DNA of 64,000 nt from a virus: positions 32,662 to 96,661 of IMG/VR virus record IMGVR_UViG_3300048574_000462; one strand, written 5' to 3'. The position numbers and the translations under genes were made by a program. Positions 9,595 to 19,757 of the stretch are shown here, one piece after another. Every line of letters begins with the position of its first letter. The stretch's first letter is position 1. Under the pieces are notes generated by a model. That model was not told the origin of the DNA, searched no databases, and was given only the letters and a program-made list of their open reading frames with translations.

Positions 9595-12399
9595 TCAGAA
9601 AATACCATCTGTTTCTAAAATATGGTCTAGCTCGTCGTTATTCTGCGCTTTCAGCACCTTGTCACGAACAGCCCCATGCGACAGATCAAGACGCTTGAAA
9701 CGCGTTTTTCCTGCGGCATCCTTTCCTGTGCGAATCAACTGCACGCGTCCAATGCAAGGCTCGTTTTCGGCATACTTAGCAAAGCCCTTCGCCTTGCCGA
9801 GATTATCCTTGAATTCCGGGTTGTGTGGTTCGAGGATGTCCACGACGTAGTTCAGTTCTGGATCGCCTCGAATAATCAGGAAATCGGGATATGTGGCCTT
9901 CACTTCGCCGTTGATCTCATACGGAATGCACAGCGACCACGATACGCGAGGCGGATTCCGCAGCCAGCACACGAAGTCAGGCCGCTTTTCCTCTTCGGCG
10001 ATCAGGTCATCTTCCCAACCGTTCAGTTTGATAATGGCAACTCCATTTTCGTCTGCGAACAGATGATTATCGTATTCTTTACCGTCTTTTTCATTCTTCA
10101 CGCTGATTGTCTCCGGCAGGGTGAAGCTATGCTTACTGATCACATCACCGTCCGCGATGATGTCGCTGTACTGCTTCCGGCACTTTTCGGATTTACCAAC
10201 GATATACTTGCGATACTTATCATTGAGACCATGGAATTTCTTCTCCGCGTAGCGGTTCATTGTGGCGATGCAGTCATCGTCTGCAGCGAAAAGGATGCAG
10301 TCGATTTTATAGGCGGAGGGATCGTCCTCGTTGAAATATTGCTGCCCATAGCAATTCGGGAAGCCATAACCGCTCATCCGGGCATCTGCAGCGCGAAGCT
10401 GACGATCCAGATCGCTCTCGGAGGCAGCCAAGAAGCCCTGCGCCATACCGTTGTCCAGAGATTCGCCGAACACGTCAAAAACGCGAACAGATAGCTTGAA
10501 GGACAGCACCTGACTGGCTAATTCTTTATACTTTCCCGTATAACGCAGCTCCTCTGCGTAATGGCGGATCATATCCACAACATCGGCCTTAACCTCATCA
10601 GTCGCAGCCGGGAAGATGGCTTCGCGCGTCAGCAGACTGGCAAGGTTCAGTAGGGACTTCATATAGTTATTGATCTTTACTGAGCGCACCATATATGTCA
10701 GCAGGGATTGATCGTTGATGAACTTCGTAATCGCTTCCCGGTCGATGCCTGCACCCGCCATGCGCGTCTGAACACCGGCAGGAGATGTTTCTGTGCGCGC
10801 GGAGGTGGGCTTGACGGGAACTGTCAGAGTCGGCTCGGTCTGCGGATGCACAGGATTAGGCACATACGGTTCCTCTGTATGGTGAACCGGCGCATCTCCT
10901 GACAGCCTGTTTTGTCCTAGCTGTGTGGCGGGCTGAATAGGCGTCACAGCACAAGTTGTCAAGTTGGAGAAACTAATCTGACCAGGAACCTGTTGCGCTT
11001 CCCTGTGGTGCTGCGTATGCACTGTCCACGACACATACACCTGCTGTTCCAGCGATTCCCCATCGATTACAGTCGGAATATCGCCACCTTCAGTGCTTTG
11101 CAGCTCATCAATGACGGACTTTACCGTATTCTGGTTGAAATACGGTAGGTACAACCGCACATCGTTCAGCGAATCATCAACGAGGATATGGCATTGCAGC
11201 GGAGTGCGCACCATGCGCCCAAGAAGCTGCGCAATATAGGTGGCATCCTCTGCATGACGGAAGGACATCATCGTTTCGGCACGAGGGCAATCCCAGCCCG
11301 TGGAGAGGTTCTCCTTGAACAGCACCACACGGATGCGCTTGTCCTCGGAAATCTCAGAAGGCTCGATGCGCTCCACCTGCAAACCGTTGATGGTCAGCGC
11401 AGGCGTAGAGCCAAAGGTGTGCACCACTTCATGTTCGCGGAAGCGTGTGCCGAGGCGCTCCTCGACCTTTGCAATGACATCATCGAGTTTCGTGTCGGAC
11501 ACAGCTTTGCCGCTGCCTGCAAGCACCTGAATCAGGAAGATAGGGTTCACCTGCGCATAGTGTTGTTCATAGGAATACTGATACCAATGCTCGCACTTCT
11601 TGCGCCATTCGTCCGTGGCCGCCTGCAAGAGCGCCATTTCGTTGTTCCGCTGCGGATCGTCCGGGTAGGTGATGACGATGCGATCCTTCAGCAAGCCGGA
11701 AGTGCGCACATCATTTGCCGAGACGATGCACTTCTGTAGGGTGGAGGTGGTGTCGCCGACCAGCTTGTTGAAGCGCTCCGCCGTAGCACTGATGCCAATA
11801 ACCACGGGCATGGGTGGCAGCTTCACTTCCGGGCTTCCCTTTAGAAAGCGCTGCATGATGGAGGTGGCCTTCCCGGCCTCGCGTCCTTGTGCGCCACGAT
11901 GCGCTTCATCGATGAGGAAATAGAGCCGGTCGCTCTTTTCCCGTACGGTGTTTGCTAGCGTTTCCCAGATAGTGTACTGCCGGGTGTCGGAGTGCTTTCC
12001 CAGATTCCCAGCCTTGCCGAGCTTCTGCGTGTTGAGGAAGTAAATATGCCCGTCATCCAGCATCTCCATGTCGAAGGACTCGTCCTCAATGGTGACACAC
12101 TGCCCAAAGCGAATCTTATCCGCCTTCAGGTCGAATTTCTGCTTTGACTGTGCATTAAGCTCAGGAGAATCTGACAACCAGACGAAAATTGCCTCTGGCT
12201 GCTCGGTAAACTGCTCGGTTCCGAAGTATATGTCCTCTACGAGCGCAGCCATGATAATGGTTTTGCCGGAGCCGGTCGGCGCCTGCAGAGAAACCACCTG
12301 CGGAATGTGAGTGCGATGATAGCTGCCCAGTGCTTCTGCAAGTTTTATGCGCAGGTCGGTAACTGCCTTTTTCTGAAATGGAAATAATTCAACCCTCAT
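9595..12399 (-). CDS. res: Type III restriction endonuclease Res subunit (SF2 helicase plus nuclease)
   Basis: APTGSGKT, DEAH, SAT, GWDCPRA, QLLGRMVR; C-terminal YPDF...LEPH; directly follows the MTase gene. Confidence 0.85.
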   Translation of the reverse strand: MRVELFPFQKKAVTDLRIKLAEALGSYHRTHIPQVVSLQAPTGSGKTIIMAALVEDIYFGTEQFTEQPEAIFVWLSDSPELNAQSKQKFDLKADKIRFGQCVTIEDESFDMEMLDDGHIYFLNTQKLGKAGNLGKHSDTRQYTIWETLANTVREKSDRLYFLIDEAHRGAQGREAGKATSIMQRFLKGSPEVKLPPMPVVIGISATAERFNKLVGDTTSTLQKCIVSANDVRTSGLLKDRIVITYPDDPQRNNEMALLQAATDEWRKKCEHWYQYSYEQHYAQVNPIFLIQVLAGSGKAVSDTKLDDVIAKVEERLGTRFREHEVVHTFGSTPALTINGLQVERIEPSEISEDKRIRVVLFKENLSTGWDCPRAETMMSFRHAEDATYIAQLLGRMVRTPLQCHILVDDSLNDVRLYLPYFNQNTVKSVIDELQSTEGGDIPTVIDGESLEQQVYVSWTVHTQHHREAQQVPGQISFSNLTTCAVTPIQPATQLGQNRLSGDAPVHHTEEPYVPNPVHPQTEPTLTVPVKPTSARTETSPAGVQTRMAGAGIDREAITKFINDQSLLTYMVRSVKINNYMKSLLNLASLLTREAIFPAATDEVKADVVDMIRHYAEELRYTGKYKELASQVLSFKLSVRVFDVFGESLDNGMAQGFLAASESDLDRQLRAADARMSGYGFPNCYGQQYFNEDDPSAYKIDCILFAADDDCIATMNRYAEKKFHGLNDKYRKYIVGKSEKCRKQYSDIIADGDVISKHSFTLPETISVKNEKDGKEYDNHLFADENGVAIIKLNGWEDDLIAEEEKRPDFVCWLRNPPRVSWSLCIPYEINGEVKATYPDFLIIRGDPELNYVVDILEPHNPEFKDNLGKAKGFAKYAENEPCIGRVQLIRTGKDAAGKTRFKRLDLSHGAVRDKVLKAQNNDELDHILETDGIF

Positions 12400-12401
12400 T
12401 G

Positions 12402-14489
12402 TCAGTTCCTCCCTGTATTGATTCTAAAATTATCAAAGTAATCGCGATAAAGCTGGAAGGTGTGCGGCGCATTCAGGTTTTTCGCCATGGCGCAGTATCC
12501 GGCTTCATAATCGGTGACAATGTACACCGTTTGGATTTCGGGGAGAGCATTGACCTGTTCCGCAAAATCGCTGAAGGCGGATTCCACCGTCAGTACGGCA
12601 AAGCGGTTTTCAGGCAACACCAGCATGGTGGGCGTTTCTCTATCTTCCAGCGTGGGGCATGCCCCGTGCGCACCGGCTTTCATCCACAGCGTCGGCAGCA
12701 TCTCCTTGAACTGACGACCCAGTGCAATACTGGTCTTGTTCAAGAAGCTCAGCTTGAAGAAGGCAGCGTTCGCCTTGAAGCCGTCCGCCATGGGAATCTC
12801 GCTGCCGATGTATTCGCCCTTGAGCGGCTGACCGTTCACATCATGGCCTACGATGGAACAGACTGTGCGAGGCCATGTGACGTAACGAGCAATGCCGAGT
12901 CTTTCCCATTCGGGATCGCCGGGGTGATAGCCCTGTGCCGTCAGCGACTTGGCTTCATTGTCGGACACCTCGTTGTTTGTCACCATGATGCATCGACGAT
13001 GCCCGCCGTCCTCGGCATTGAGAAGGTTGACGGCATGAAGGGTTGTGCCAGAACCGGCAAAAAAGTCGATGATTAATGCACACGGTTTTTCTTTTACAAA
13101 AAAACGAATTGCATCTTCCACTGCATACAAAGACTTCGGAAAGGCAAACCGTCTACCCGGTATCAATGAGCCAATTATGTTGGTTCCATATGCGCCAGCT
13201 TCATGAGCCGTCATGTTCCACTGGGTTTTAGGCGCTGTTGTTTTTGAATCGTCTACATAAACAACTTCCAGAGAACCATTGGCATCTCGCCCAATTACTT
13301 TAATAGTTCCGTCTTCAATCTGTTTCAGTTGATTGTTCGTAAGGTAGGATATAGAAGCCCCCTTACCTTTCGTAGGTTTTCCAAATTTAACAGCTCCGAT
13401 TTCATAAAGCTTGCGAAAGGTTGACGGAACCATTCCCCAACTATACTCTTCACCATCTCGTACAGGAGGCCAAATTTCATAAGTGCCTTCTGGAGCAACC
13501 GGAATATTTTCTCCTTCGTAAACCGCATTTCCAACAGAATGAAAAGAGTCATCGCTGCAGTTAAAATAAACAGGATACCATGAACCAGGATTAACTGGCC
13601 GCAACCCTTTTCGCCCCGTTCGAGGAAAGCCACGCCATCTTACATTTGTGTCTTGAGACACATCTTGGGTTAGCATATCACTTCCTGTTCGGGACAAAGT
13701 ATAATTGCCTATCATTACGAAATATATAAACTCGTTTACTCGGCTAAATTCATTAGTCCGAGCTGTTCCCTTTGGGTTAATAATGCTTGATATCATTTGT
13801 ATTTTTGCATCTGGGAATAATTCCTCCAGCAAGCATCCAAGATGCAGATACTCTTTTTCATCAATGGTCACGATCAGCACAGAATCCTTCGGGTTCAGTA
13901 GCTTCTTGGCGATCTTAAGCCGTTTTTGCATCATTGACAGCCATTTGCTGTGGCGATAGGTGTCGTTGCCATCTACATAGTCATTGTTGTACTTCCAGTC
14001 TCTTGCACCGGTATTGTACGGCGGATCGATATAGATGCAGTCCACCTTTCCGGCATAGAGGTATTCTAGGAACTGTAGGGCATGGTAGTTGTCCGCTTCG
14101 ATCAGCACATGCCACAGGTCGCTGTCGGGCGCGTTGCACACGGTGTCGATGGGCTTGAGGTGCGGATAGATCGGCTCACCGAATTCAGCCACGGATACCA
14201 GATCCGCCACAGGAAACGATACAGACTCCCCGCCCGCTTTCGGTAAACAGATCGCCTGACCATCGGCTAGCCTTAGCACAACATAATTGTCGCTCATCTT
14301 GCCGGTTTTAAGCGCAACCAAGCTTCCCTTGTTCACGGGAACATCATACAACGGGGCGCATTCGGGGAGATGCTCTTCAAAAACCAGGCCGAATTTTTTC
14401 TGCTTGTTCATACGGTCTACTTCCCGCTGAATGCGCTCTCGCAGTTCAGGGTTATCAATTTGGTTGATCAGATCATTGATTGCAGCCAT
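12402..14489 (-). CDS. mod: Type III Mod DNA amino-methyltransferase
   Basis: KKFGLVFE, YIDPPYNTG and DFFAGSGTT (beta-class motif order). Confidence 0.9.
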   Translation of the reverse strand: MAAINDLINQIDNPELRERIQREVDRMNKQKKFGLVFEEHLPECAPLYDVPVNKGSLVALKTGKMSDNYVVLRLADGQAICLPKAGGESVSFPVADLVSVAEFGEPIYPHLKPIDTVCNAPDSDLWHVLIEADNYHALQFLEYLYAGKVDCIYIDPPYNTGARDWKYNNDYVDGNDTYRHSKWLSMMQKRLKIAKKLLNPKDSVLIVTIDEKEYLHLGCLLEELFPDAKIQMISSIINPKGTARTNEFSRVNEFIYFVMIGNYTLSRTGSDMLTQDVSQDTNVRWRGFPRTGRKGLRPVNPGSWYPVYFNCSDDSFHSVGNAVYEGENIPVAPEGTYEIWPPVRDGEEYSWGMVPSTFRKLYEIGAVKFGKPTKGKGASISYLTNNQLKQIEDGTIKVIGRDANGSLEVVYVDDSKTTAPKTQWNMTAHEAGAYGTNIIGSLIPGRRFAFPKSLYAVEDAIRFFVKEKPCALIIDFFAGSGTTLHAVNLLNAEDGGHRRCIMVTNNEVSDNEAKSLTAQGYHPGDPEWERLGIARYVTWPRTVCSIVGHDVNGQPLKGEYIGSEIPMADGFKANAAFFKLSFLNKTSIALGRQFKEMLPTLWMKAGAHGACPTLEDRETPTMLVLPENRFAVLTVESAFSDFAEQVNALPEIQTVYIVTDYEAGYCAMAKNLNAPHTFQLYRDYFDNFRINTGRN

Positions 14490-14527
14490 ATGTTGAATCC
14501 TCCGTCATCTGTCGTACTTTACGCAAC

Positions 14528-14740
14528 TTATTCTGTTTTGTCATCAACCAAATCCAGGATATCCCCGATGTTGCATTGCAAGGATTTGCAGATTTTTATC
14601 AGCACATCCATGCTCACCGTTTCGCCCTTTGACATTTTGGTGATAGATGCCCAGCTGACGCCCGATGTCTCTTGCAAGTCCTTCTTTTTCATATCTTTAT
14701 CAATTAAAATCTTCCAAAGCTTTTTGTAGCTTACTCCCAT
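14528..14740 (-). CDS. Small Cro/C1 (XRE) HTH regulator heading the mod-res operon
   Basis: SYKKLWKILID..MKK.DL...IC..L.C.IGDI motif; GGAG RBS. Confidence 0.85.
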   Translation of the reverse strand: MGVSYKKLWKILIDKDMKKKDLQETSGVSWASITKMSKGETVSMDVLIKICKSLQCNIGDILDLVDDKTE

Positions 14741-14960
14741 ATCCACGACACTCCTAACATCACTTATGGCTGTCCTGCGGTTTCGTACTACCACATATTT
14801 TCATTATAGCATTCTGTTCGGCAGAGTTCAAGAGAAAATTGCTGCATATACAAGATTAGTTCGAGTTATTGGTTGAAATCTCTTCAGGCCTATGGTATAC
14901 TGTATGCGCTTTCGTGATGGTATCTGTAACAAGTGGTCTTGCATTTAGGGGGGCAGAAGA

Positions 14961-16871
14961 GTGGGCAAGAGTCGATCATTCAAGGAATACGTCAGTGATC
15001 GCTTCGAGGACGAATTCTCACAAGCGATTATGGATTATATCGAAGACGAAAAAAATGCCAGCACCCTTGATCTACGTCTCCATAAGGTTCGGAACATCGG
15101 AAACATTGAGGTTGTCGATACAACCATCCTGTATACCAACATTAGCGATCTGCCAGACGGCAAGATAGCTTTTGACGTTGCTATCGAAGCCGAGCTATAT
15201 GTGCGTGAAGCCGATTATCACTATGACACAGACGAGAGCTGCATCGAGTGGTTTATGCTTCGATGCTCCGGCGATCTGGATAAGAATCTGAACGACCTTT
15301 ACATAGCCTCTGTAAAGCCGTATAGTGGCAAAAATAGAATGCCAAAGCCGCTGGACGATTCGCTTGTGCCGTTTATCCATTCGGATGATTTGGAGACGGT
15401 TGCGAACGGTTTTTTGGAGCGGCACTACTCGCAGGCGCTAAAGCAGCCGATGCCGGTTGACCCTGCCGAATTAGCAAAAGCTATGGGGCTTACCATCGAT
15501 ATTCGAAGCATCACCGAAGATTTTTCCGTGTTCGGGCAGCTTTGCTTTCGGGATTGTACTACAGAACTATATGATGATAGAGCAGAAAAGATGGAAACAG
15601 TCGATGTACAAGCGAAAACCATCATAGTTGACCCGAAAGCCTACTTTCTTCGAAATCTAGGCCAGGTCAATAATACCATCGTTCATGAATGCGTCCACTG
15701 GGATCAGCATCGAAAAGCATTTGAATTAGAACGGCTGTATAACGAGAGTGCAACACAAATATGCTGTAAAGTTGTGGGCGGTGTTAGTGGTATCAACAAA
15801 AGTTCTATTGATTGGATGGAGTGGCATGCAAATGCGCTTGCGCCTCGCATACAGATGCCGCTTGCGCCTTTCAAGATGAAGGTATACGAACTCTTGCGCG
15901 AATACCGTGCAAAATCTGGCTCTGACGATATTTTGGATTTCATTGAGCCGCTCATCAACGCATTGGCCGTGTTCTATGGCGTTTCCAGAACCGCCGCAAA
16001 GATTCGTATGGTCGACGCTGGGTTTCATGAGGCTGTTGGTGCATTTAACTATATAGATGGACGTTATATCCGGACGCATGCCTTTAAGAAAGACTCCATT
16101 AAGCGTAACCAGACGTTTTCTGTCTCGGCAGAGGATGCGGCTATTCTATACTTCACATGCTCAGATTTCTGCGATACGGTGAAGGATGGAAACTATGTGT
16201 ATGTTGACTCGCATTTTGTTATCAATAGCCCCAAGTATGTCACCATAGACGGCGAGGGCGCTTTGTGCCTTACGAAATACGCCCGTAGGCACATGGAATT
16301 ATGTTGCCTCGTGTTTGACATGGAAGTCAAGTCAGGGCAAAAAGAGCGATATCATACTGAGTGTTTCCTTAATAAAGACAAAGACTCTCCCGTTACATTT
16401 GAAATCAAGTACAGCAATGGGAATCAGTATGTAAGCTCTGAAAAGCAGAAAGAAATTCTTACCACTGCTGTTCATGAAGAAGCAAAAATACTGGAGGAAG
16501 GCTTGCCGGGCAACTGCGCATTAGCCCTACAGAAAATGATGAAATATCGTAACGTAAGCAATGCAGAGCTTGAGAGAAGAATCGGGCTAGACGATCAAAC
16601 AATTAGCCGCATTGTAAACGGAGTACGTGAGCCAACCACAGAGTCACTTGTCATGATATGTCTTGGTCTGCATCTTCCTTTTGGTGTTAGTGAACATATT
16701 ATGAGAAGCTCGCCCTGCCCGCTTGTTTTACAGAAGGATTCCCATATCTGGTATAGATTTGCATTGATGCATAAGTACCCGGAACGTTTTCTGAAAGTCA
16801 ACGACTTTCTGGCGGAGCATGGCGCTTCGCTGATCACCAGCGATGCCCAACGCGCTAAAATAATCGAGTAA
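14961..16871 (+). CDS. ImmA/IrrE-type metallopeptidase fused to a C-terminal XRE HTH
   Basis: HECVH zinc motif, EWHAN.LA..I.MP, and a C-terminal HTH (ELERRIGLDDQTISRIVNG). Confidence 0.85.
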   Translation: MGKSRSFKEYVSDRFEDEFSQAIMDYIEDEKNASTLDLRLHKVRNIGNIEVVDTTILYTNISDLPDGKIAFDVAIEAELYVREADYHYDTDESCIEWFMLRCSGDLDKNLNDLYIASVKPYSGKNRMPKPLDDSLVPFIHSDDLETVANGFLERHYSQALKQPMPVDPAELAKAMGLTIDIRSITEDFSVFGQLCFRDCTTELYDDRAEKMETVDVQAKTIIVDPKAYFLRNLGQVNNTIVHECVHWDQHRKAFELERLYNESATQICCKVVGGVSGINKSSIDWMEWHANALAPRIQMPLAPFKMKVYELLREYRAKSGSDDILDFIEPLINALAVFYGVSRTAAKIRMVDAGFHEAVGAFNYIDGRYIRTHAFKKDSIKRNQTFSVSAEDAAILYFTCSDFCDTVKDGNYVYVDSHFVINSPKYVTIDGEGALCLTKYARRHMELCCLVFDMEVKSGQKERYHTECFLNKDKDSPVTFEIKYSNGNQYVSSEKQKEILTTAVHEEAKILEEGLPGNCALALQKMMKYRNVSNAELERRIGLDDQTISRIVNGVREPTTESLVMICLGLHLPFGVSEHIMRSSPCPLVLQKDSHIWYRFALMHKYPERFLKVNDFLAEHGASLITSDAQRAKIIE

Positions 16872-16881
16872 AATTTTCGAG

Positions 16882-17023
16882 AAGGTGGACGAGGCACGTC
16901 CACCTTTTTTGCCATAAATTCGCATTTCCATTCTGAAAGCCCGGTAGAGACTTCACTCGTGGAGTTTTTACCGGGCTTTTTTGCGTTTTTGGTCTCGTGC
17001 TATGTGGACGAGGCGTGTCCAAC
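16882..17023 (+). promoter_or_regulatory. Two copies of a palindromic operator-like site flanking a terminator
   Basis: GTGGACGAGGCACGTCCAC (16885) and GTGGACGAGGCGTGTCCAA (17004); the hairpin AAAGCCCGGTA...TACCGGGCTTTTTT lies between them. Confidence 0.6.
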
Positions 17024-17060
17024 ACAGCCCTCATATATCAAGATAAACTCTTCGTGGATA

Positions 17061-17340
17061 GCAGAGATGACGCTTTCTACGATATCTCAACGCAGAGATG
17101 ACCATCAGGCGGCGGGATACAAAGAAAGCGGACATTACCACGTACAGCTTGATCCTGCCGGGTCGCTCCCGGTCTGAAGTTCTCGATCAAGCTGGAAGAC
17201 CCGCACCACGCTTGGGAAGGCGCAGGTGCAGCCGATGAGGGATCCTCCTTCATTTTGCGGCTGACCTAGTTTAGGTGCGCTCAAAATGCCTTGGATGGCT
17301 CCCTCAGATGCAGCAAAGCGTTGAGGGAGCTTCATTTTTG
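17061..17340 (+). ncRNA. Structured leader RNA upstream of the sigma-like gene
   Basis: Stems CAGCTTGATC/GATCAAGCTG (17145/17185), CAGCCG/CGGCTG and GCTCCCTCA/TGAGGGAGC plus a T-run. Confidence 0.45.
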
Positions 17341-17392
17341 CCTCCTTCACGCTTTCAGAACAACACGACCTGAAAACGAAAAGGAGCCAAAC

Positions 17393-18085
17393 ATGAGCCA
17401 ATCCAGCAATCCTCGCAAGTCCTATCCCCATGTCCCGAAGCAGTCCTACGACCGTCAGCCGATGCACTACATCTGCATCGGTGCTGATGACATCTACACC
17501 ATGATCACCCGCGCGGAGTTTTTCTCCCTTATGCGCAGCGTGGACGAGCCCATCAAGCAAACCTACATCGACGCCGATGGCGGATGCTCCTTTTTCTTCC
17601 CACTTTCTGCACATATGGCGGAGTTCGCTGTCCGACTCAAACGTGAAAAAGATGCTGAAGATCAGCGCCGCGTTCGCACCCGCCAGTGCATATACAAGAA
17701 CACTGCGAAATGTGATGGCTGGCGCACCCGAGACGAATACGGCTGCCTGGGCTGTGAGACCTGCTCTCGTGATCACATTCATCGCACCGTATCGCTCAAT
17801 CAACCCGTTGGCGAGGATGGCACCGAAATGGGCGATTTGCTTGCCGATGATACGAGCATTGAGCGTGATATGGAAGAAACCGCCACTCGCGACCTCATCG
17901 CCGCTACACTGGCCTCTCTACCTGAGGATGACCGAACCTTTATCCTCCGCCGCTTTCAGGACGGCATGACGCTCCGGAAACTGGCCGACGAGTGTGACAT
18001 CTCCGACTTCAGGTACGCGGGTAAAAAGGCCAATCGCATCATCGAACGCTTGAAAGCTGAAGCCCGACGGCTTGCTCCACAATAA
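17393..18085 (+). CDS. Sigma-70 region 4-like phage transcription factor
   Basis: SLN..VGEDG, L..LPEDDR......F..GMTLR.LA HTH; Cys cluster; AAGGAG RBS. Confidence 0.75.
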   Translation: MSQSSNPRKSYPHVPKQSYDRQPMHYICIGADDIYTMITRAEFFSLMRSVDEPIKQTYIDADGGCSFFFPLSAHMAEFAVRLKREKDAEDQRRVRTRQCIYKNTAKCDGWRTRDEYGCLGCETCSRDHIHRTVSLNQPVGEDGTEMGDLLADDTSIERDMEETATRDLIAATLASLPEDDRTFILRRFQDGMTLRKLADECDISDFRYAGKKANRIIERLKAEARRLAPQ

Positions 18086-18099
18086 TTATTTCCGCCGCC

Positions 18100-18142
18100 T
18101 GTCCACATCTCCCCTCCATCTGTCAGCAAGAAAGTGTGAGGG
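18100..18142 (+). promoter_or_regulatory. Phage promoter motif copy 1: TGTCCACA-N13-TGTCAGCA...GAGGG
   Basis: The same bipartite motif occurs at 22311 and 61055. Confidence 0.7.
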
Positions 18143-18171
18143 CAACAAGCCCTCGGATGGAGGTGAGATGG

Positions 18172-18384
18172 ATGGCGGAATACCGTGAACGCGAAACGGC
18201 CAGTCGCGATGAAGTTGCCGGTCTCCTGATGGCGATCAGCATTGTCGCAAAGAGACTGGCGCTCAAGCTGGCAAATTTGGAACAACGGAACGAAGGAGGA
18301 CATGACAATGAGCAAAATGGCAGAACTGGATGCTGCGGTTGCCGAGCTACACAGGTGTGGCGAAGCCCTTATCGGTGTGTCTGA
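18172..18384 (+). CDS. Small hypothetical phage protein
   Basis: GGAGGTG RBS; L.AISIVAKRLA.KL motif typical of the first gene of this module. Confidence 0.5.
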   Translation: MAEYRERETASRDEVAGLLMAISIVAKRLALKLANLEQRNEGGHDNEQNGRTGCCGCRATQVWRSPYRCV

Positions 18385-18616
18385 GGCGCTGAAGGGGTTG
18401 TTCAACGGAAGCGATGCGTGTCAGGCGGACGCCCAACCGCAGCCAGCTGCCAAGGCGCTTGTCCTCGAAAACGTGCGTTCTGTGCTGGCGCAAAAGTCTG
18501 TGGAAGGCCACACCGCCCAGGTACAGGCTCTGATCCGCAAGTACGGCGCGGATAGGCTGAGTCAGGTCGATCCGGCACGCTATGTCGACCTGCTCCACGA
18601 AGCGGAGGTGCTCTGA
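18308..18616 (+). CDS. Conserved phage protein preceding DUF2800
   Basis: MSKMAEL...LE.VR.VLA.KS..G....V..LI.KYGA..LS.VDP..Y..LL.EAEVL. Confidence 0.75.
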   Translation: MSKMAELDAAVAELHRCGEALIGVSEALKGLFNGSDACQADAQPQPAAKALVLENVRSVLAQKSVEGHTAQVQALIRKYGADRLSQVDPARYVDLLHEAEVL

Positions 18617-19755
18617 TGCCTCCTTCAAAACACGCGATCCTGTCGGCGTCCGCCTCGCACCGCTGGCTGAACTGCAGCCCATCCGCGCGGCTGGAGCAGG
18701 AGTTCACTGATCGGGAAACGGCTGCCGCCGCCGAGGGCACCGCCGCCCACGCGCTGTGTGAGCACAAACTCCGGAAGGCACTTAAGCAGCAGTCCCGAAA
18801 GCCCATCTCCCAGTACGACTGTGATGAGATGGATAATTACACTGACGGGTATGTGCAGTTCGTACTGGAAATCATCGCTGAAGCCCGGCAAGTTTGCGCT
18901 GACCCAATCATCAACATCGAACAGCGGCTGGACTTCTCCTGTTACGTTCCGGATGGTTTCGGAACCGGCGACTGCGTCATCATCTCCGACAAGACGCTGC
19001 ACATCATCGATTTCAAGTACGGGCAGGGCGTGCTGGTCGAAGCGGATCACAATCCTCAGATGATGCTCTACGCGCTGGGTGCTCTCCATGTCTACGACAG
19101 CCTGTACGACATCAATGAAGTGGCCATGACGATCTACCAGCCCCGGCGCGAGAATATCAGCACATGGACGATCCCTGTGGCTGAGCTCAAGGTGTGGGCG
19201 GAGGACGAGCTTAAGCCCAAGGCAGCCTTGGCTTACGAGGGAAAAGGCGACTATCATCCCGGCCCTTGGTGTACCTTCTGCCGGGCGGCAGTCAAGTGCC
19301 GCGCACGAGCCGAGGAAAAGCTGCGGCTGGCGCAGTATGAATTCGCTCTCCCGCCGCTGCTTTTGGATACGGAGATCGAAGAGATTCTGGACAAGCTCTC
19401 CGATCTCACCAGTTGGGCTAATGAGATCATGGAATACGCGCAGGACACCGCCCTCAACCACGGCAAGCAGTGGAAGAATTGGAAAGTGGTCGAAGGTCGC
19501 TCCAACCGCAAATACACCGATGAGCAGGCCGTGATCACCGCGTCCAACGTTGCCGGATACCTCGACATCTTCCGGAAGACGCTGCTCCCGCTGACTGAAA
19601 TGGAAAAGCTCATGGGCAAGCAGAACTTCCAAACCATTCTGGGCGGGCTGGTCCATAAACCCGCAGGCAAACCCACTCTGGTACCCATGTCGGACAAGCG
19701 CCCGCCCATCGCCAGCGCCAACACAGATTTCAACGAAATACAGGAGGATATGTAA
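18616..19755 (+). CDS. DUF2800 PD-(D/E)XK (Cas4-like) nuclease
   Basis: HAILSASASHRWL.C, GTGDC, IDFKYG, NPQM.LYALG and C.FC.....C motifs. Confidence 0.9.
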   Translation: MPPSKHAILSASASHRWLNCSPSARLEQEFTDRETAAAAEGTAAHALCEHKLRKALKQQSRKPISQYDCDEMDNYTDGYVQFVLEIIAEARQVCADPIINIEQRLDFSCYVPDGFGTGDCVIISDKTLHIIDFKYGQGVLVEADHNPQMMLYALGALHVYDSLYDINEVAMTIYQPRRENISTWTIPVAELKVWAEDELKPKAALAYEGKGDYHPGPWCTFCRAAVKCRARAEEKLRLAQYEFALPPLLLDTEIEEILDKLSDLTSWANEIMEYAQDTALNHGKQWKNWKVVEGRSNRKYTDEQAVITASNVAGYLDIFRKTLLPLTEMEKLMGKQNFQTILGGLVHKPAGKPTLVPMSDKRPPIASANTDFNEIQEDM

Positions 19756-19757
19756 TC

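Noticed and set aside
12402-14489. Phase-variable mod gene
   Set aside because: I saw no simple-sequence repeat tract.
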